Assembly: GCA_002633005.1 (NCBI GenBank)
Contig: NMRA01000563.1
Location: 124,001-188,000 of the forward strand
Source: Phoronis australis
Taxonomy: Eukaryota; Animalia; Phoronida
DNA: 64,000 bases
Direction of reading: 5' to 3'
The translations under genes were made by a program, and so were the position numbers. The notes under the pieces were generated by a model, which was not told where the DNA came from, did no database searches, and saw only the letters and a list, made by a program, of their open reading frames with translations. Positions 37,838 through 52,095 of the stretch are shown here, in pieces; position 1 is the first letter of the stretch; each line of letters opens with the position of its first letter.

Positions 37838-38310
37838 AGCACGGTATCATTACACACATACAATGTACAGGGTCATTATACACGTACGATGTACACGATC
37901 ATTACACACGTACAATGTACACGGTCATTGCACGCGTACAATGTGCACGGTCATTATACCCGAACAATGCACACGGTCATTACACACCGGCGTACAATGT
38001 ACACGGTCATTACACACGTACCATAGACGGTCATTACACACGTACAATGTACACGGTATCATTACACACGTACAATGTAAACGGTCATTACACACGTACA
38101 ATGTACACGGTATCATTACACACGTACAATGTACACGGTATCATTACACACGTACAATGTACACGGTATCATTACACGCGTACAATGTACACAGTCATTA
38201 CACACGTACAGTGTTCACGGTATCATTACACACGTACAATGTACACGGTATCATTACACGCGTACAATGTACACGGTATCATTACACACGTACAATGTAC
38301 ACGATCATTG
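37838..38310. repeat. 26/28-bp minisatellite, ~17 copies
   Basis: TACACACGTACAATGTACACGG(TA)TCAT units. Confidence 0.95.
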
Positions 38311-38475
38311 AATATCACACTCCTGATTGTTGGTACTGCAGCGAGTTTCGTACGAACAATTCTCCCTTCATCAACACCGTTTTCCTAATAACCATCTTGA
38401 AAACAAATACTATTCTTGGCATTCTTTGGGGCAAAAGTACCGATATTTTACTATTGACGACACAGCAACTTTTTT

Positions 38476-38618
38476 CTCCGTTGCTAACTCTATCGTTAGA
38501 CATACTAGCTCTATCGATAGACTTACTGTCTCTATCGTTAGAGTTAATAAGTCCATCGACAAAGTTATTAGTCTATCGATAGAAATAGTAAGTCTATCCT
38601 TTTAAGTTAGCAACAGAG
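38476..38618. mobile_element. Small foldback MITE with ~20-bp CTATCG(A/T)TAG repeats
   Basis: CTCCGTTGCTAACT...AGTTAGCAACAGAG ends; internal periodic CTATCGATAG. Confidence 0.55.
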
Positions 38619-40799
38619 TGTCGTCCTTTTAAAGCCACCTTACTGCCCAATACTCCAAATGAAAATCTTTATTGTTAAAAAAGCACTGGGAAAGAGTGAT
38701 AAATGATTCCATTATGGAGTCGTTCTCCTTCCATCATCGGGTCGCATTCCTTAACATAAAAGGTTTAATAATTTTCAAAAAATATGAGCAATTCCTTCCA
38801 TCATAAATTAATACGAAAAAAATAGAAATAGTAGCTTTCAGTGCGAGAGCTGGGATTTACGTCAAAAAAGCGAAAATAGAGAGCGACATACGACTCCATT
38901 ATTTCTTTCCCGACAGGGGTCTACGAGAAATACTGTTTTACATCCCCTAAAATTGTCCTCTTAACTGAATTAAAGAAATCTGAATGAATTTGCCATTGAA
39001 AATCAGCGCATACAACAAATTTGATCTTTCTTTTTCGAACTATGTATGAATACGATTACGCTTTTGAATGAGCGTAGGCGATCCATACTGTAAATTTTTA
39101 AAAACTAGGGGCCCATAACAAAAATGTTCTGACTAGGGCCTTCAAAGGGTAAATCCAGCACTCGTAATTAACAAATGTTCTCTAAAACATTCTCTATTCT
39201 ACATATTTTGCTGTGTCTTTCTTTTCTCTGTTGCCCCCTGACAGCCACCCCACGTCATGCTGGTTGCAACGAAGGTTTCGCTCTCATGACCGCTAACAAT
39301 TGGAGGACACTTTCCTCACTTCTTACGTTCCTGTTTAGTAAGGGCGCTGCCGGCCACCCCCCCCCCCTTCATTCTGCCCCTGCTTCTCACACTTATGCAG
39401 TAATATCTAGCAAGCGTTCTGCAAACGTGTATATCTGTACACATTTACAAGTTATCGGAGGACTTTCAAGTTGACATTGGCGATTACTCGGGCGAAAACG
39501 ATATCGAGCAAAGGAAATGTGATCATGTCAATGAAAATGTATTCGTCTGTGGTCTATTTATGAAACAAACATTAAGTTCCTCGTTGTATGGCTGTGACGT
39601 TATTCCCCCAAACGGAGATATCTCCTCCATATCACGTTGTTGATATTTCCTTGCGAATCACTGGTGGAACATTACCCTTTGTTTATTGCAAAAGATAACG
39701 AATCCGAATTATGCTTCTTCGTCCAGTCTATCAACCACGTTTGACGTCGAGCAACTGGAGGAAGGGTTGGGAGAGAGTTGCCGAATAGAAGTTTGGTGTT
39801 CGCTGGAAGGGAGAGGGTGACAGGGGGCTATAATGGTGGCAATAGGGGCAGGGCTAAAATGGTGACAGCCGGGGAATGGGCTAATGTTAGTGTAGTACTT
39901 TACAAGTGTAGGGGTGTCATAAAACAAGGAATGATTAGGGGCGAAGCACCTGAATGTGAAAGATTCCAACTACACCGAAGTACAGAAGTTCTTAAAATTT
40001 ACAGATTTATTATTCTGTTTCCAGGTGTAAATTAATGAAACAAAAAGGGTTTTTCATTTTTATGTTATTTGCAAATAAATTTAAAACGTTCCCAGTGAAC
40101 TGCTTGTTCAGTCACACTTTTATGGTGACGAATCGTTTCAATCAGATGCTTTATATAATCAGACATTTTTAAAACGGCAGAGAATTGCCCGACATCGGAA
40201 CACAAATGCGTCAAGAGGCATAATTGTTAATTGTTGCGATTTCTCGTTCAACGATGAATTCTTGAGCACTAAAGAGATATCGCAATTGTGTCAAAGATTT
40301 AGCATTCCAGCTAACTAAGAATCGTGCTGATTGACCTATAAAATAAGTCATCTTTAGCCACGTGCATAACAGCGTGCCACCGTATAAGACTTCTTACAGT
40401 GTTGTCCAATTCCATGAACACCTCCCATACTTGTAAGCCGACTGACAAAACACTTCGGATGACGTCTGAGGATCATCTGCATAAATTATTAAACATATAG
40501 TAATGATTGAACATAACTGATTAAATATTTATCAATGACTGCCCTCACTGGTTTCCATTCAACGTTTCTAGAATAAAATACTTGGCTGTTCTGTTCTGAG
40601 GTGGTAATGGAACCCTTACTACTTTTTAGCAGTTTTACATAATATGTTTCATTTAGGCGATGGTTCTTTGTGAAAAAAGGAATGGTCTGCAGACAAGCTG
40701 AGGCCTCATATAGTTTCAGGAATAAAAAGTTAAGTCCACGTGTATTCCCGAGCGTATATTTGTATGTGGCGAATACACAATCGTATGTTTCAATATATG

Positions 40800-41176
40800 C
40801 GAACTGACTTTCTAAAACCGCTCTGAGGTGGTAGCACGTTACAACTATTAAAATATTTTGGTCTATTTACATCGACCTCTTGTCTATTAACACTATCACG
40901 ACGTTTCGGTCGGTCTATTCTCCGGCCATCGTCATGTGACTCCGTGGTGTAGTGGTTAAGGTGCTGGACTCGAATTATCTGTAGTTTCAGAAGTCGTGGG
41001 TTCAAATCCTGCCTCGGACAAAAATCACACCATGAGTGTACCACATATCCGTGCTCGTTCTTCTAAGAACGCGGGAACACCTGACGATGGCCGGAGAATA
41101 GACCGACCGAAACGTCGTGACAATGTAAATAGACAAGAGGTCGGTGTATATAGACCAAGAGATTTTAATAGTTGTA
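40800..41176 (+). mobile_element. tRNA-headed SINE/retrozyme-like element with hammerhead tail and an upstream inverted copy of the tail
   Basis: IRs 40840-40938 and 41078-41176; A box TGGTGTAGTGG and B box GGTTCAAATCC between them. Confidence 0.75.
41076..41121 (+). ncRNA. Minimal type I hammerhead ribozyme motif
   Basis: CAC-CUGACGA-U-GGCCGG(AGAAUAGA)CCGACC-GAAA-C-GUC^GUG: core boxes, stem II with 5/6 pairs, palindromic ACGU helix III, stem I CAC/GUG. Confidence 0.6.
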
Positions 41177-43830
41177 TTTGTGAATTGAACTAAAAGAGTA
41201 AGTCCTCATCATTGTCGAGGTATGTCGTCACAGGGATGCGTTTGTTGAAAATTTACTTTTGTTACGGTTTTGGTGCCCATTTCTCATGAAACTGGAGAAA
41301 GTTTTAGGATTCTACCATGCACATTTTCCCCAATATACGCCCTAGGCGTGACTGTGAAAATCCCGACACACCCCCACTGGGCGTACCTAAAGATGGACCT
41401 TTCTGTAAAAAAAACTCCTTTAGTACGAGTTCTTGCTGTACGTGTGAAAGGCTCCCAACTCGGGTAAGTGTTCGTTTATGTGTTCTACGGCCTGCCGTGG
41501 AATTGTTCTTTGCAGCAAAGTAGGATTATTTGACTGGACTTTTCAGGTTGCGGAGACTTTTATCTTCTAACACTGTTTGAAACTTGTGTTGACGCAATCC
41601 TTATTATATGGCCTCACTCACTTGTATTCGTTGGTGTATTTAAACAAGTTTTATGATTTCCAGAAAGGATCAATTTTGCCCCCCCCCTCCCTTCACTTAT
41701 GGTCGTATTGGCGGTACACCAACTTGCAACCGTAATTTTCTGTAGTTTACTCACCTGCGCCCTAGCTCACCACAAGCAATTCTAGCGATATAACAATAGA
41801 GTCAGTTAAACGGTTTACACTTTAAATATAGTCACTTTTTACCACCGACACACGAGACGTGAATCGAAATATCTATGTCGACACTGTTAGCCTGAAACAA
41901 AGTTATTTAAATAAGCGTATTCCAGGAAGAGGGGGTAATTTAATTGAGTATGAGCACGTTGCTGTGGACGGGTTTCATTCATGACATGCCAACAAAAGTC
42001 CGAAATAGAATGTGGAATTTCCATGTACAGATTTGACTTTGCTTAATGAATGACGATTTGTGGGGTTTGGCGTGTTTATTCACTAGATATATGAAATAAT
42101 CAATACATACAAAACGGTGAGTGTTGAACAAAAAATCTTTCTAGGATTGGCAGTCTACCAGAAATGTGTTAGGGTGCCTTTCTAGTCAAAGGTTGGGCCA
42201 AAATTTTTAGAAAAAACGCTGCAGTGGCTTCGATGGTGAGTGAGTACAAGGGTCGCGGAAAAAATTCGCTATGAGTCGGATAATGTCTAAATAAACAATG
42301 CAATTGACTGACTACTGTAGGAGATATTTCAGAATTTCAGCCGTCTAAAACTGGATAGAGTTCTCCGAGTTTGAGCAAGCTCCAGGCGTAGTCAGCGCAA
42401 GTAGATCTTTTGAAAAAATTGATCATTTTAGCAGGTCACGTGTTCAATGCTGAGGGTGCGAAATTGGGGACTCATGGGAAAACCTGTAAAATTTTACTCT
42501 TCAAGTATTAGGTCACTCATGTACCATGAACAATTCTTTTTGACATATGCGCCTATGACAATGAACGCTGAAAATGGGTACTTATTAACCTTCCATTACG
42601 CGCTTAGTGTTGTGGCATAACACCTTATGTTTGAACATTTTCACCAATACCCTCGACAAAACATGACTATGCATGTAATGCCAACGAGTGAGTTCAATTT
42701 CCCGTGGTTAACGGTCCGGAGGAAAAGGGATATGGATTTTTTTAATTTGTTTACCTAACATTATGGTAAAGCGCACCTGCTCTGAGTACGGATTCAGCAA
42801 GCGGCAACACTTCATTTAACCCACCCCGGGTGTAACTCGGTACCGCTACGGATACAGCTATATAGAGTTTCGCGAACGCGTTATAAAGACATTCTCGGCG
42901 AGAAGAGAAAAACTAAAGGGTAAAAACACCGGCCTTGATTTCAGCAAATGTCTGGCAGACTTCTGCGAGAATTGGCAATTAGTAATAAAATCACAAAAAC
43001 ACAACGCCAGGATTTTGTTGTTTTATAGCTCTAGTAAAAGATAATAACTTCCAGAAGTCTATTCTAGCCAACATTAAACATGGAAATGCCATAGCCGACC
43101 GTAAAACCGGCTCGAAAAACACGCATAAGTTGAGTCCCACCTTTTTGTTTCGGCTCCGCGTACGTCTCGCTAAGAAGCACTGTATGAACAGCCACTTTAT
43201 CAAGCCTTGTGAAACTTTCAAGGTATTATTTAGGCAAGCTATTTAGTCTCTAAAATAATCACTTGTCATCCCAGGGTCATGGAGCAATTTGTGGGGATAC
43301 TGGAAGTGTTCGATACTACTCCGAACAGCACTTCATGTAACGTCAATCAATGTATCAGTCGGTGCTAAAAAAACAATGGAGAATATACCCCTCAAAGCCC
43401 CCCCCGCAGGTGCGGACCTAGACTGAGAAGTGTCCAGTGGCATGCATCCCCTATTGGATGACTCTAAAGCATCTCCTGTATTTGTCCACTGTAGGCTCCC
43501 CTTGTAGACAAAATTTGCAAGTGTGACTACCTTGAGTGGCTGATTGTAAATAGTAAAGAGATAACGTCTGGTAACGGACACGGTCTGTAGTGGCGGCGCA
43601 TCCCAAATTTTGTGCGGTTGGGGGCGGTCAGCTCCAATGTCACCCAGGAGAAAAGTAAGCATCATGTCCACAATTGATAACAGCCCGAGTCCACCATGAA
43701 TAAGTAACCAACATTTCGTTCATGTTTTATACGTACTTCACTGTTGGTAGTAGTGTCAAAGATTTTGGTACTGTCGGTGACTCCGTGGTGGCGGAAACGG
43801 CGCGCGATCATCGGAGTGACACTTTAATGC

Positions 43831-43876
43831 TCGCTGGTTCCCTGTGTGCCTCTAGGTGGTCGTAGGGAACCAGCGA
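43831..43876. mobile_element. 46-bp TIR-only derivative of the 52096 MITE
   Basis: TCGCTGGTTCCCT...AGGGAACCAGCGA. Confidence 0.65.
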
Positions 43877-45879
43877 ACACGTTTTAGTAGTGATCGAGCT
43901 GTCGAGGCCACGTGGGGGGTACAGTTGACGAGGGCCAGGATCACATCATTTTCGTGCCAAGTATAAACTCAAATACATTGTTTAGTCTATCGGAGGTATA
44001 TAGGCCTAAGCTGTCCCAGTTTATTTTTTTCATAACAAAAGTAAATTTAGGCAGCTTTAAATGTCTGGTTATTCACAAATTCAGTTATCCTTTTGTCTAA
44101 AGTTAGCAAAGTATTCCTCTAAACTGATAATTTTTACATTACCTCACTCAGTTGTATGGGCTTCCTGAGGAAAAACAGCAACCTGAAAAGGGGTTTGCCA
44201 TAAAGTTTAAATTTTCAATCATTTAACCAAGTACGACAAATGTAGTAAACAGTATCATGTCCAAGGTGGCACAAACTTTCTATGGAGACTGAAAACTTGC
44301 TTTGCGCAACTGTATAATCGTAACTCTTTAGTCCTCGTACCAGTCTGCATTCACTGCCAGAGAAATGATTAGTGCAGTTATTTGAGACTAACTCCACTTA
44401 ACACTAACAAGATTTTTTAAATGCGGTCGACACTTAACATTTGCACAGTTGCCAACGCCGGAGTCTCTCAATTTCTCCTATTTCTTTCTAAAGCTCGTTG
44501 TAAGTGGATATATTTCGTTATCGGCTTTGGCTCACTAATTTAAAGTGTTTGTTTTGAGTTATAATAACAATTGTTTTCTTAGAACTCTGGGGTAATTTTT
44601 CCAGTACTTTGAGCTGCAAGTTTTATTCGATTTCGTTGTTTCTATTCGTGAAAACGCCACTACGTGAAGGTATACTCTGAGAATATACTCATAATTGTTA
44701 ATGAATGAGAAAATTCGTACAAATTATTTCCAGGCAGTGATGAGCTAACAATTGCTAGACTAAACCTTTACCGGTACCAGTTCCAAACAACAAAAACGAA
44801 TCCAAAACAGCGTTAGAGTGCTTACTTGAGAGCTTACTTTATAGTCGATAATAATCTAGTTAGCATTTAGCAGTTCCCAGCAAATCAGTTTAAGATAAAA
44901 AGCCAGTTGAGCTAATGAAGATTTGCCTTAAGTGATGAGCCACAACGAACACTTTATTCCTGAATGTAATTACGCAGAAAGAGGTTGTTCTTACAGAGGT
45001 TGTAAACACACAGAGTTTGAGACAAATAAGCCCATACTAACAGCGCGTGGCTACCGTAAATGCGCTTGCGCACTACAATGAAAAGCACCAGAGACCTCTC
45101 TTGTAGCGTGACCAAAGTATTTTGCGACTTAACTTATGAGGTTGACAAGTCTTCTTGGGTTGATAAATGGGACTTCGCCTAACTAATCTATTGGGACCGA
45201 GGAAATAACACATGAGCATCTTTGTTTAACACTAGTGAAGTGTTATGGTGTAAGCCATTACGGCGTTGCCTGATGGTAAACTCTGCTACTGAAGCTTATC
45301 ACGAAATATGGCTCTCAAGTAGAATTCTATTTTCTCAAATTTGTCAACAAAAATAAACATTTTGAGATTCTTACTTCATTCTTAGCGTGAGAAGTGGCGT
45401 GAAGTTATCAATAAAACTTAAAAGCGGAAAATGTAAATCTGTATTTTCTTTGCAATTATTCTTTGTACGAAATTGGATATAGATTACAAGATATGTTGAG
45501 CAAAATATAGCGCAGTGTACCCTCGTCTAGATAAGAACAATGATTGTCAGGAATGCCAAGGCTTTTGTTGATACGTACACTTGTCTTGAGTTCTGTTAAA
45601 AGGATTTGGACCAACCAAACCATCGCATTAGTTTTATTTTATTGACTATCTAATTGCCATGAAGCTTGGAGCTGCGAGTGGAAGTCAGTTTCCTTTTTGT
45701 TACTATAATTCCTATTTCATTCTTGTGTTGTTTGCACTTAAGTGCGGTCAGAAATATTGCAGAATAGTTGTTCTAATTGGTTCTAGCAATTCAAAGTTGC
45801 AATGGAAAGCATAACGATGTATTATATTTTATTTCGAGAATCAGTCAATCATTTCTAACTACTGACAATTAACCTGTTA

Positions 45880-46215
45880 AAATAGGTGTCCATACAACAT
45901 TGCTTAATTCCCCTTGGCCCCGATCTTTCCGTCACCGAAGCTCGGCTTGCGCCTTTCGGCAAATCAGACCAGCTTCCCAGATCTCCACACAACGTCGCCA
46001 TGATATTCTTGGCTGGCCCTCCCTCCTCCGACCTCAGCGACATCTTCAGAAGGCAGTATTGATCCATTTTGCTGACGTGGTCAATCTATCTATAAGCCGG
46101 CGACGTTCGCTCTCCAGCACCACTCATCGATATTTCGCTTTCCTGTAGAGATTTCCATTGGAAATTCTCTGCGGCCAAAATATGGAGCAGATTTTCTAAA
46201 GAATCTGATGCAGGA
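45880..46215 (-). mobile_element. Decayed RTE-clade LINE 3' fragment
   Basis: Across frameshifts: KICSIFWPQRISNGNLYRK, R*IDHVSKMDQYCLLKMSLR, GRRREGQPRISWRRCVE (RTE 'IFWP..ISNE.LY', 'RWIGHV.RM', 'GKR.RGRP..TWRR.VE'). Confidence 0.75.
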
Positions 46216-48079
46216 ACTTGACTGTATTTACACGAATCCGACTACGCGGTCAGTGGAGACTGGACTGAGATAGGCCATCATAAACGTATCCCCATTCTAC
46301 TCGCCCGCAGTCGCTTCCATATTATTGTACGGCTGACTCGACATTGGACCTTACAACAAAAATAAGCTTTAATCATTTTAAGACGCTCGGAACGCGAAAA
46401 CTCGTAAAAATAACTTTTAAACAGATCGTGGCGAATCCTTTTCTGGGGGATGCTAACGTGAGAAATATTCGCTTTGAATATTGTAAGAATTTCTAGAAAT
46501 ATTCACTATTTTTGAAGCACAGACAAAATATAAACTCTTTCACCCCAATGCAGATTTCAAATACTCCCCCTTGATGACATGTATATGCGCACATGCACAA
46601 GCATAATCGCCATTATTTTGTTTACATCAAGGTCAAAGGTTACATTTTCCAGTTGAGGGAAATGTGCTACGTCTACGTCTTTCCATACCGAACAAAAAGA
46701 CGTGCTTTGCCTTGTGGAAAAAAATCAGACGACCGTAAAAATAACTAGTGAGCAGTTTGACTTGTATTTCAGTGGCAGAGAACCACCTTGAATAATGCAA
46801 TTTAATATGTTTTTCCGCGTTATCTAGGTTGTTACGTCGCAACTAGTCTTGATGACGTTTAAGAACAATGGTAGGATGATGATTTACAAACCGAGCCATT
46901 ATATTACCATGGTTACAGGTATAAAAAATCCACGTCTTTTGTCAAAAAACCTTTTTAGATTACTTCTCTAACCGTTATAAAATTGGTCTCTTGTTGCTCC
47001 TTCTCATACTAGAAATGACAGTTCGTTGGTTCGACCAAGCTCGTCATGTTGCACGTCACGGCAGGTTAGATTACGTCATCGAAGCAGTAATGTTCTATTA
47101 CAACCAATTTCAATTCAAACTAAGGATAAAAAACCGATGAAGAATAATATGTGTGCGAAGAAAACTGTTTTTTTTTTACACCAGAACATGATTCATTGCG
47201 CCTTTAATTGGATGAGCAATGATGAGTGACATTGTAGTAATGCTGTTCTTTATTGTGTCGGTAGATAGGTATATTATCGGACAGATGTTTTGCATCGTCG
47301 GTTTTATTATCACTATATAACACGATTTTAGTGAAATCCTTATGAGAGCCACTGAGACGATCAGTGCTGTAGTGGTAAAATTAGAGGTAAGTAGGCGCCC
47401 AAAGCCCATCGTATCACCTTGAGCACTGAACATAACTTACTGTGCGTAGGCGCTACGTTCGAATGCCAAAAGGTGGTTGGCTGCGCCTACATGCGGCTAC
47501 GCCCCACTAAAGCACTGGAGACGATGCTTGTAGAAACACTACAACCGGACAGGTCAATAAATTTTGCATAATTGTAATTAAAGGATGTATTTACATAGAT
47601 CACGTGCACGTCAATTTAGTCTCTGGTGACATTAAACTCGTAAAATGATGAAAACCTAATTAATTTCAGTTGAATTTGAGATGAGAATCAATTGATAATG
47701 TTAACAAAATCCGATTCCATCTCTGGATTTGCATCAAACTAAATCTGATTGAGATAAATGAAAATTTTAATTAATGTTAAGTTGCACATAAACCGTCGTG
47801 ACCACGAGAACTCTATAAAATAAAACATGTCTTTCGGCGTTCAATTTTCAGTATTGTGGTCTTGTATGACACATGTATGGGAAATCACAATACCAATGAT
47901 GTGGTGAAGAGGTTCGCCAAATATGACTCATAATTTTGAAAATTGGAAACTGTGTTGATTTGAACATCCTTCTTTACTTTTTAAATCTGCTGGGTTGTAT
48001 AAATCTATACAAATGATAGGTGGCACTAATTTTAAAGAAATTTTCCAGAAGTGCACAAATAAGTCATGAGTGTTTTAGT

Positions 48080-50660
48080 CACCGGGTCAAAATTAGCAAT
48101 TTTAAGTTTGAAGGCAAAGTCTTGATAGAAGCTGGCAACCGAGCTAAAAATAAACTATAGCGAACTTCCTTTGAAACTTTGGGAGTCTCCAAGCTGAAAG
48201 ATGGACCGTTGTCATGGTAACCAGTTATTTTGCCAGTCAGCATCACAAATTTTATGTTTGTTGATAAATTCACGTTAGAAGCAAGCAACCTTCCCAAAAG
48301 TAGTTGGGTTCACTTATTGATGAAATTTAGAGATGTTGCGAAGCTGATTTATATATCGTTCCCATGGTAACCAGGTATTTTCACGATCAAGATCACCAAT
48401 TTTATACTAGATGTCAGTCATGTTAGAATGTAGGCAAACATGCTCAAACGTTATTGACCCTCCCCAAAAACTTAGGGCAGTTGTCAAACTTGAACGTGCT
48501 CTGTTGCCATGGTAACCACGTATTTTGGAATTACAAGAGTAGAGTAACTTGTACACGACAAATACTAACGAAATTTTAAAGAATGTAAACTCTTATTTTT
48601 CTACCAAATATTATCATAAGGATCAAGACACTTTTGACAAACCGAAAATGGTTGCCAAGCCAACTCCTGTAGCCAAACTTGGAAATAGTCTTGTTAAAAC
48701 AACACGAATGAAAGCTGCGTACACCTAATGCAGTAGCTTTGCATCAATTAATAACTAACCCTAAGACTGGTATGTTAAAATTTATAAGCAGTTGTCATGA
48801 CCACTACTACAAATAATCATGTTCACTGCTTCTTCAACAACATAAAATGCTTACAACCGAATGAATAAAGCAAATACTTCAGGTTGGCTTTGTCAAAGGT
48901 ATGTCATAAATACTAATGCCTGTAATATAATTCTCAAATCCAATAAAGGGTTACCATGACAACGGATATGCATATTCATCATAAGCTTTCAAAGTAAGGC
49001 CGGTAGCATCACTATAACGTGTTTACATTGTTTTTATGCATAGAAGCACAGGATTCTTTTTAGATTAGTTTTTGTCGTAAAATTTGCATTCTTTCCAAGA
49101 TTTTTTTGCATTCTATTATAAAAAGAAGTTCATAATTTGTTCATATGTGTTATAATTGTAAATATTTTCTGCAACAAAATTTCGTGGCGTAGTCTTGTCT
49201 TTGTTTTTATTACATATGCAGTTTAGGTAGTGGTAATATCAGTCATTTTTACTGTATTCCTTTTTAAAATATGTGAAAATGGTTCTATTGCACAAATTCA
49301 CAATGGTTGAAATTTTAAGAAAATGTATCAAGTAATTCGGCATAAAAAGACTTTTTCCATATTCCCAAAATACTCATATTGCCTACTACAGCTTCTCCAA
49401 CGCCCACTTCAATTGTTCTTAAACATGATTAGATTCATCATTTGTTCTTCATATCAGAATTAACAATAAACACGATACTATTCTCTTTCGATTTTAGTTC
49501 TTGGTTTTTCGATACTTGGTAATAGTGCTGTCCTTGAGGTTAGGTGTGCCTCTAGTGTAAATAAAATACCGGGGTCACAAATTACCAATGTACTAGATTG
49601 AAATAAATTACTTTGTAAAAACATCAAGCCCAATGTATAGGTCTTCTGATTTAACATCTGTAGTTCGTCATACAAAACACGTTCAACAACTTCGAACTTG
49701 TCAGCGCATACTGGCTTATATTCGAATAAAAGGCTATCTAATTTTAAAGATTTTTAGAAACACATTATTTCGACCTATGCGATCTTTTGTAACATATGCA
49801 ACAAGTGCTGTTTTGTGTATTCACTTAATTCAAGATTTTCTTGGAATGGTTTTAGTCAGTCAATGCTTTATTAATTGTAACTGTACATATCATAGCTAAT
49901 TGACAGAAAAAATATCGACTGGCCTTATATGCTAAGAAATGCCAGATGACATTAAAGACAAGGTTATAGCCTTACATTGCGTATCATCGCATTTTTCAGT
50001 ATTCCCAGAAAATAAACTATTTCTACTGTACTGGGAAATTTAGCAATAGGCTGGAATCTTCATTTTCTTTTTTTCGTACAGCTAAAAGGCAAGGTTTCAC
50101 TTGAATCTTCAGAAAATGTGTACTGTTTTCTCAGTAAATCACTTAGTTTTGAAAGCGCAAACCCTCGTCGGACACACAGCCAAATAAGCGGGTAATACAA
50201 ATTGCGTGAGTTGGGGGTACCATCAGTAATTTTTTAACATGATAGCGGTTGATCATTTGAGATACGCAAGAGACATGAGACTAAATAACAACTTGTGAAT
50301 TATGCAGTGAAATCAGGAATCACAAGTTTACTGACAAATCCCAATGCGAATCCAACTAAATCATGTAAATCGAATGTGACAGTAAGAGATAATTAAGCTT
50401 AGCAGTTTAAATAATCGCCAATTTAAACAAGTAGTCATATCAATCACAAGTTGTTCTCTGTATGTGACCCTGCCTTTCACTGACTAATAGAAACCATGTT
50501 GGCCAGCAATGAGAGTGGCTTGGCAACCCCCACCCCAAACAGTGGTCAGTTATAGTTTTGGGCGATTGGGGTATGTGTACGTTGTTTGCTTCTAACATGA
50601 CTTTGCCATCAAAACTTTTCTTAAAAGATTTACCAAGTTTGGCTGGCTGACTATCTAAAG
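48080..50660 (-). mobile_element. Unclassified element with inverted terminal units and decayed internal coding sequence (copy 1)
   Basis: Three ~150-bp units (CATGGTAACCA near 48213/48363/48508) at one end; inverted unit GCTTCTAACATGACTTTGCC near 50590; interior homologous to 58010-59645. Confidence 0.6.
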
Positions 50661-51726
50661 TAGTCCACACAGTACATCGTCCTAGCCGCCGTGAAGGGGC
50701 GGGGCCGATATGCTGTGAACCGGCGATTGTCTGGCCTATGTTGAAGTTATTATTGTCGTTGGCTTCCATTCACTCATAACTTTAACAAGTTTATTAACAG
50801 TTACAAAAGCACAAAAGGCATCTCTCCCATGTTAAGTTTGCTTTTGGTGAAGACAGAGGGAAACAGGTATTTATTGCGAATTCTCGTGTCAGTGATATTT
50901 TATCCCTGTAAAAAGGCTTAGGACATGAAAGTTTCCAATAATTAATACAGGCCGCGACAGTAGCGATTTTGGCAGCATGCATCATCGTGAATTGCGAAAA
51001 ATTCTTAAAATGTAACACGTTTACAAAAAATATCACTGTTAGTATTGGGTGGTAAACGCCTTGCGCGTGACTGTACACTACTCGTAGACTTAACGCAATT
51101 TCGCCTCACCCTATTGAAACTTTTCAGTGAGCCGTGATCATCACTCGGTGTTAATTATAAGGTTGGTTGGCCCTGCTATGTTGGTTGAACAAAACTAATT
51201 CATGAGTATATTGCTGCACTGTGTGGCCTTTATGTCTTATTTAATGAGACAAAGTAGTCAGCTTTTGAAATCAACCCCCAGACAGAAAAGCATCCTGAAA
51301 TATTTATCAGGCGCTGCCCTCTGGTATGCTGATGTCGTATAAACAGACTTGCACGAACAGTAAGTTTTAACAATATACTGAATGAGAAACCCGCGTGATT
51401 AAATACATTTCTCTTTACCAAGGGACTGTGTAGTCCGGCAGTCACTGTTTGCAAAAGCCACGCATGGCTGAACACATTCACCGGTATCCGAGACAGAAGA
51501 ATCTAGATTCCAATCTACCGCAGCTACCAAATCAGCTAAACACATAGATTTGTTCTTAGCAGCTACCACCCGATTCGAATCTCTTCTGACTTGTGACGCG
51601 ACGTATAAACAAAGATACTATATCCCAACTTTAAAATCTTTGGTATAAATGACGTCAAGTAGATAAACTTAGCAACGAAGACCGGCGGCCCTCCTAACAA
51701 GGGCCACAGATTGGTCACCTCTAGAT

Positions 51727-51769
51727 AGTGACCACCGTCTCTACCTGCCAGCTAGAGACGGTGGTCACT
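51727..51769. repeat. Perfect 17-bp-stem hairpin, probably a MITE core
   Basis: AGTGACCACCGTCTCTA-9 nt-TAGAGACGGTGGTCACT. Confidence 0.8.
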
Positions 51770-52095
51770 GTCAAGGTCACCTCAATAATATACTTGTCTT
51801 TTAGTACAACGTTGGTGTCCGTTCTGTAACGAAAGCACCTCTGTGATCTCACTACGCGTGATTGAGCATGGTTACAAACCACATCCTACATACCCTACAT
51901 TTATTTTCGTATTTTACCGCTGATAGGATGCGTAGAGTCAGAAGTTGTTAGATCCGGAATAATTTATTATCCAGCGAATAACATAATGACAAACAAAAGC
52001 TGTTTTATGTTGTCTCTGCAGCCATTTTAAAATGCTAAAGAAAGCGACAAACAGAATAGTCAATTCCAAATAACAATTTTATTCAGTGCATAACT

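Noticed and set aside
37818-38582. 254-aa and 186-aa His/Tyr/Thr-rich ORFs
   Set aside because: Artefacts of the 26/28-bp minisatellite.
40937-41020. Possible tRNA gene
   Set aside because: 5' and 3' ends cannot form an acceptor stem; treated as a SINE head.
49775-49815. Apparent CCHC zinc knuckle (CCICYKRSHRSK*C)
   Set aside because: That frame has a stop at the same place in both copies and the Cys spacing is not kept in the 58980 copy.
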